From the NCBI GenBank assembly GCA_963709585.1, contig CAVPXI010000011.1, positions 1 to 64,000 of the forward strand: a DNA stretch of 64,000 bases. The letters are read 5' to 3'. The stretch comes from Candidatus Dormiibacterota bacterium. GTDB taxonomy: Bacteria > Chloroflexota > Dormibacteria > Aeolococcales > Aeolococcaceae. This document shows positions 63,682-64,000 of the stretch, piece by piece. The first letter of the stretch is position 1. Each line of letters opens with the position of its first letter. Below the pieces are notes generated by a model, which made no database searches, was not told the DNA's origin, and saw only the letters and a list, made by a program, of their open reading frames with translations. The translations under genes were made by a program, and so were the position numbers.

Positions 63682-64000
63682 ATGAGCGAGGAAAGTCTCC
63701 GGGGCATGCGGCTGGGGATCGTCGGTGCCGGGGTGATGGCCGAGGCGATGCTCGCAGGCCTGCTCGAGCGCGACCTCGTGGACGCGCGCAACGTTGTCTG
63801 CACGCACCCGCGCCTGGCCCGGCGCGAGGCCCTGGTCGCCACCCATCGCGTCAACGTCGCTGAGCAGAACATCGAGGCGACCACGAACACCGACGTGGTC
63901 CTGCTCGGCGTCAAGCCGCAGATGCTCGGCGGGGTCATGGCCGAGCTGCGCGGGGCGCTGAATCCGGAGCAGCTCGTGATCAGCATCATCGCCGGAGCGA
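63682..64000 (+). CDS. proC: Pyrroline-5-carboxylate reductase (partial, runs off the window)
   Basis: LGIVGAGVMAEA, LGVKPQ, VISIIAG. Confidence 0.92.
   Translation, partial: MSEESLRGMRLGIVGAGVMAEAMLAGLLERDLVDARNVVCTHPRLARREALVATHRVNVAEQNIEATTNTDVVLLGVKPQMLGGVMAELRGALNPEQLVISIIAGA

Overview
High-GC bacterial chromosome segment. Sortase-type anchors, lipoproteins, leaderless promoters and the absence of outer-membrane genes point to a monoderm such as Dormibacterota, Chloroflexota or Actinomycetota (inference only). There are no rRNA, tRNA, CRISPR or transposase features. In order, the window holds: (1) a type IV pilus locus with a divergent two-component module; (2) a Pro/Thr-repeat sortase-type surface protein; (3) a CCAEP-tail radical SAM gene with nfuA; (4) a GntR/malonyl-CoA decarboxylase/Liv-type ABC/CoA-transferase III/FAD-FeS oxidoreductase catabolic cluster; (5) a WxL-like + DUF916-like pair, the latter coupled to an unusual REC-HD-GYP-REC-LuxR protein and a PAS hybrid kinase; (6) a collagen-like surface protein followed by TPR lipoprotein, GT-C, GT2 and methyltransferase genes; (7) trpB2, xth, pyrF, proC and assorted hydrolases. 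The best candidates for undescribed systems are the collagen glycosylation locus, the substituted-malonate catabolic cluster and the WxL/c-di-GMP locus. Ten of the 13 frameshifts I found are +1 insertions inside GACTC/GAGTC, probably a DNA-modification footprint in the base calls. All family calls come from motif recognition by eye, not from database searches.
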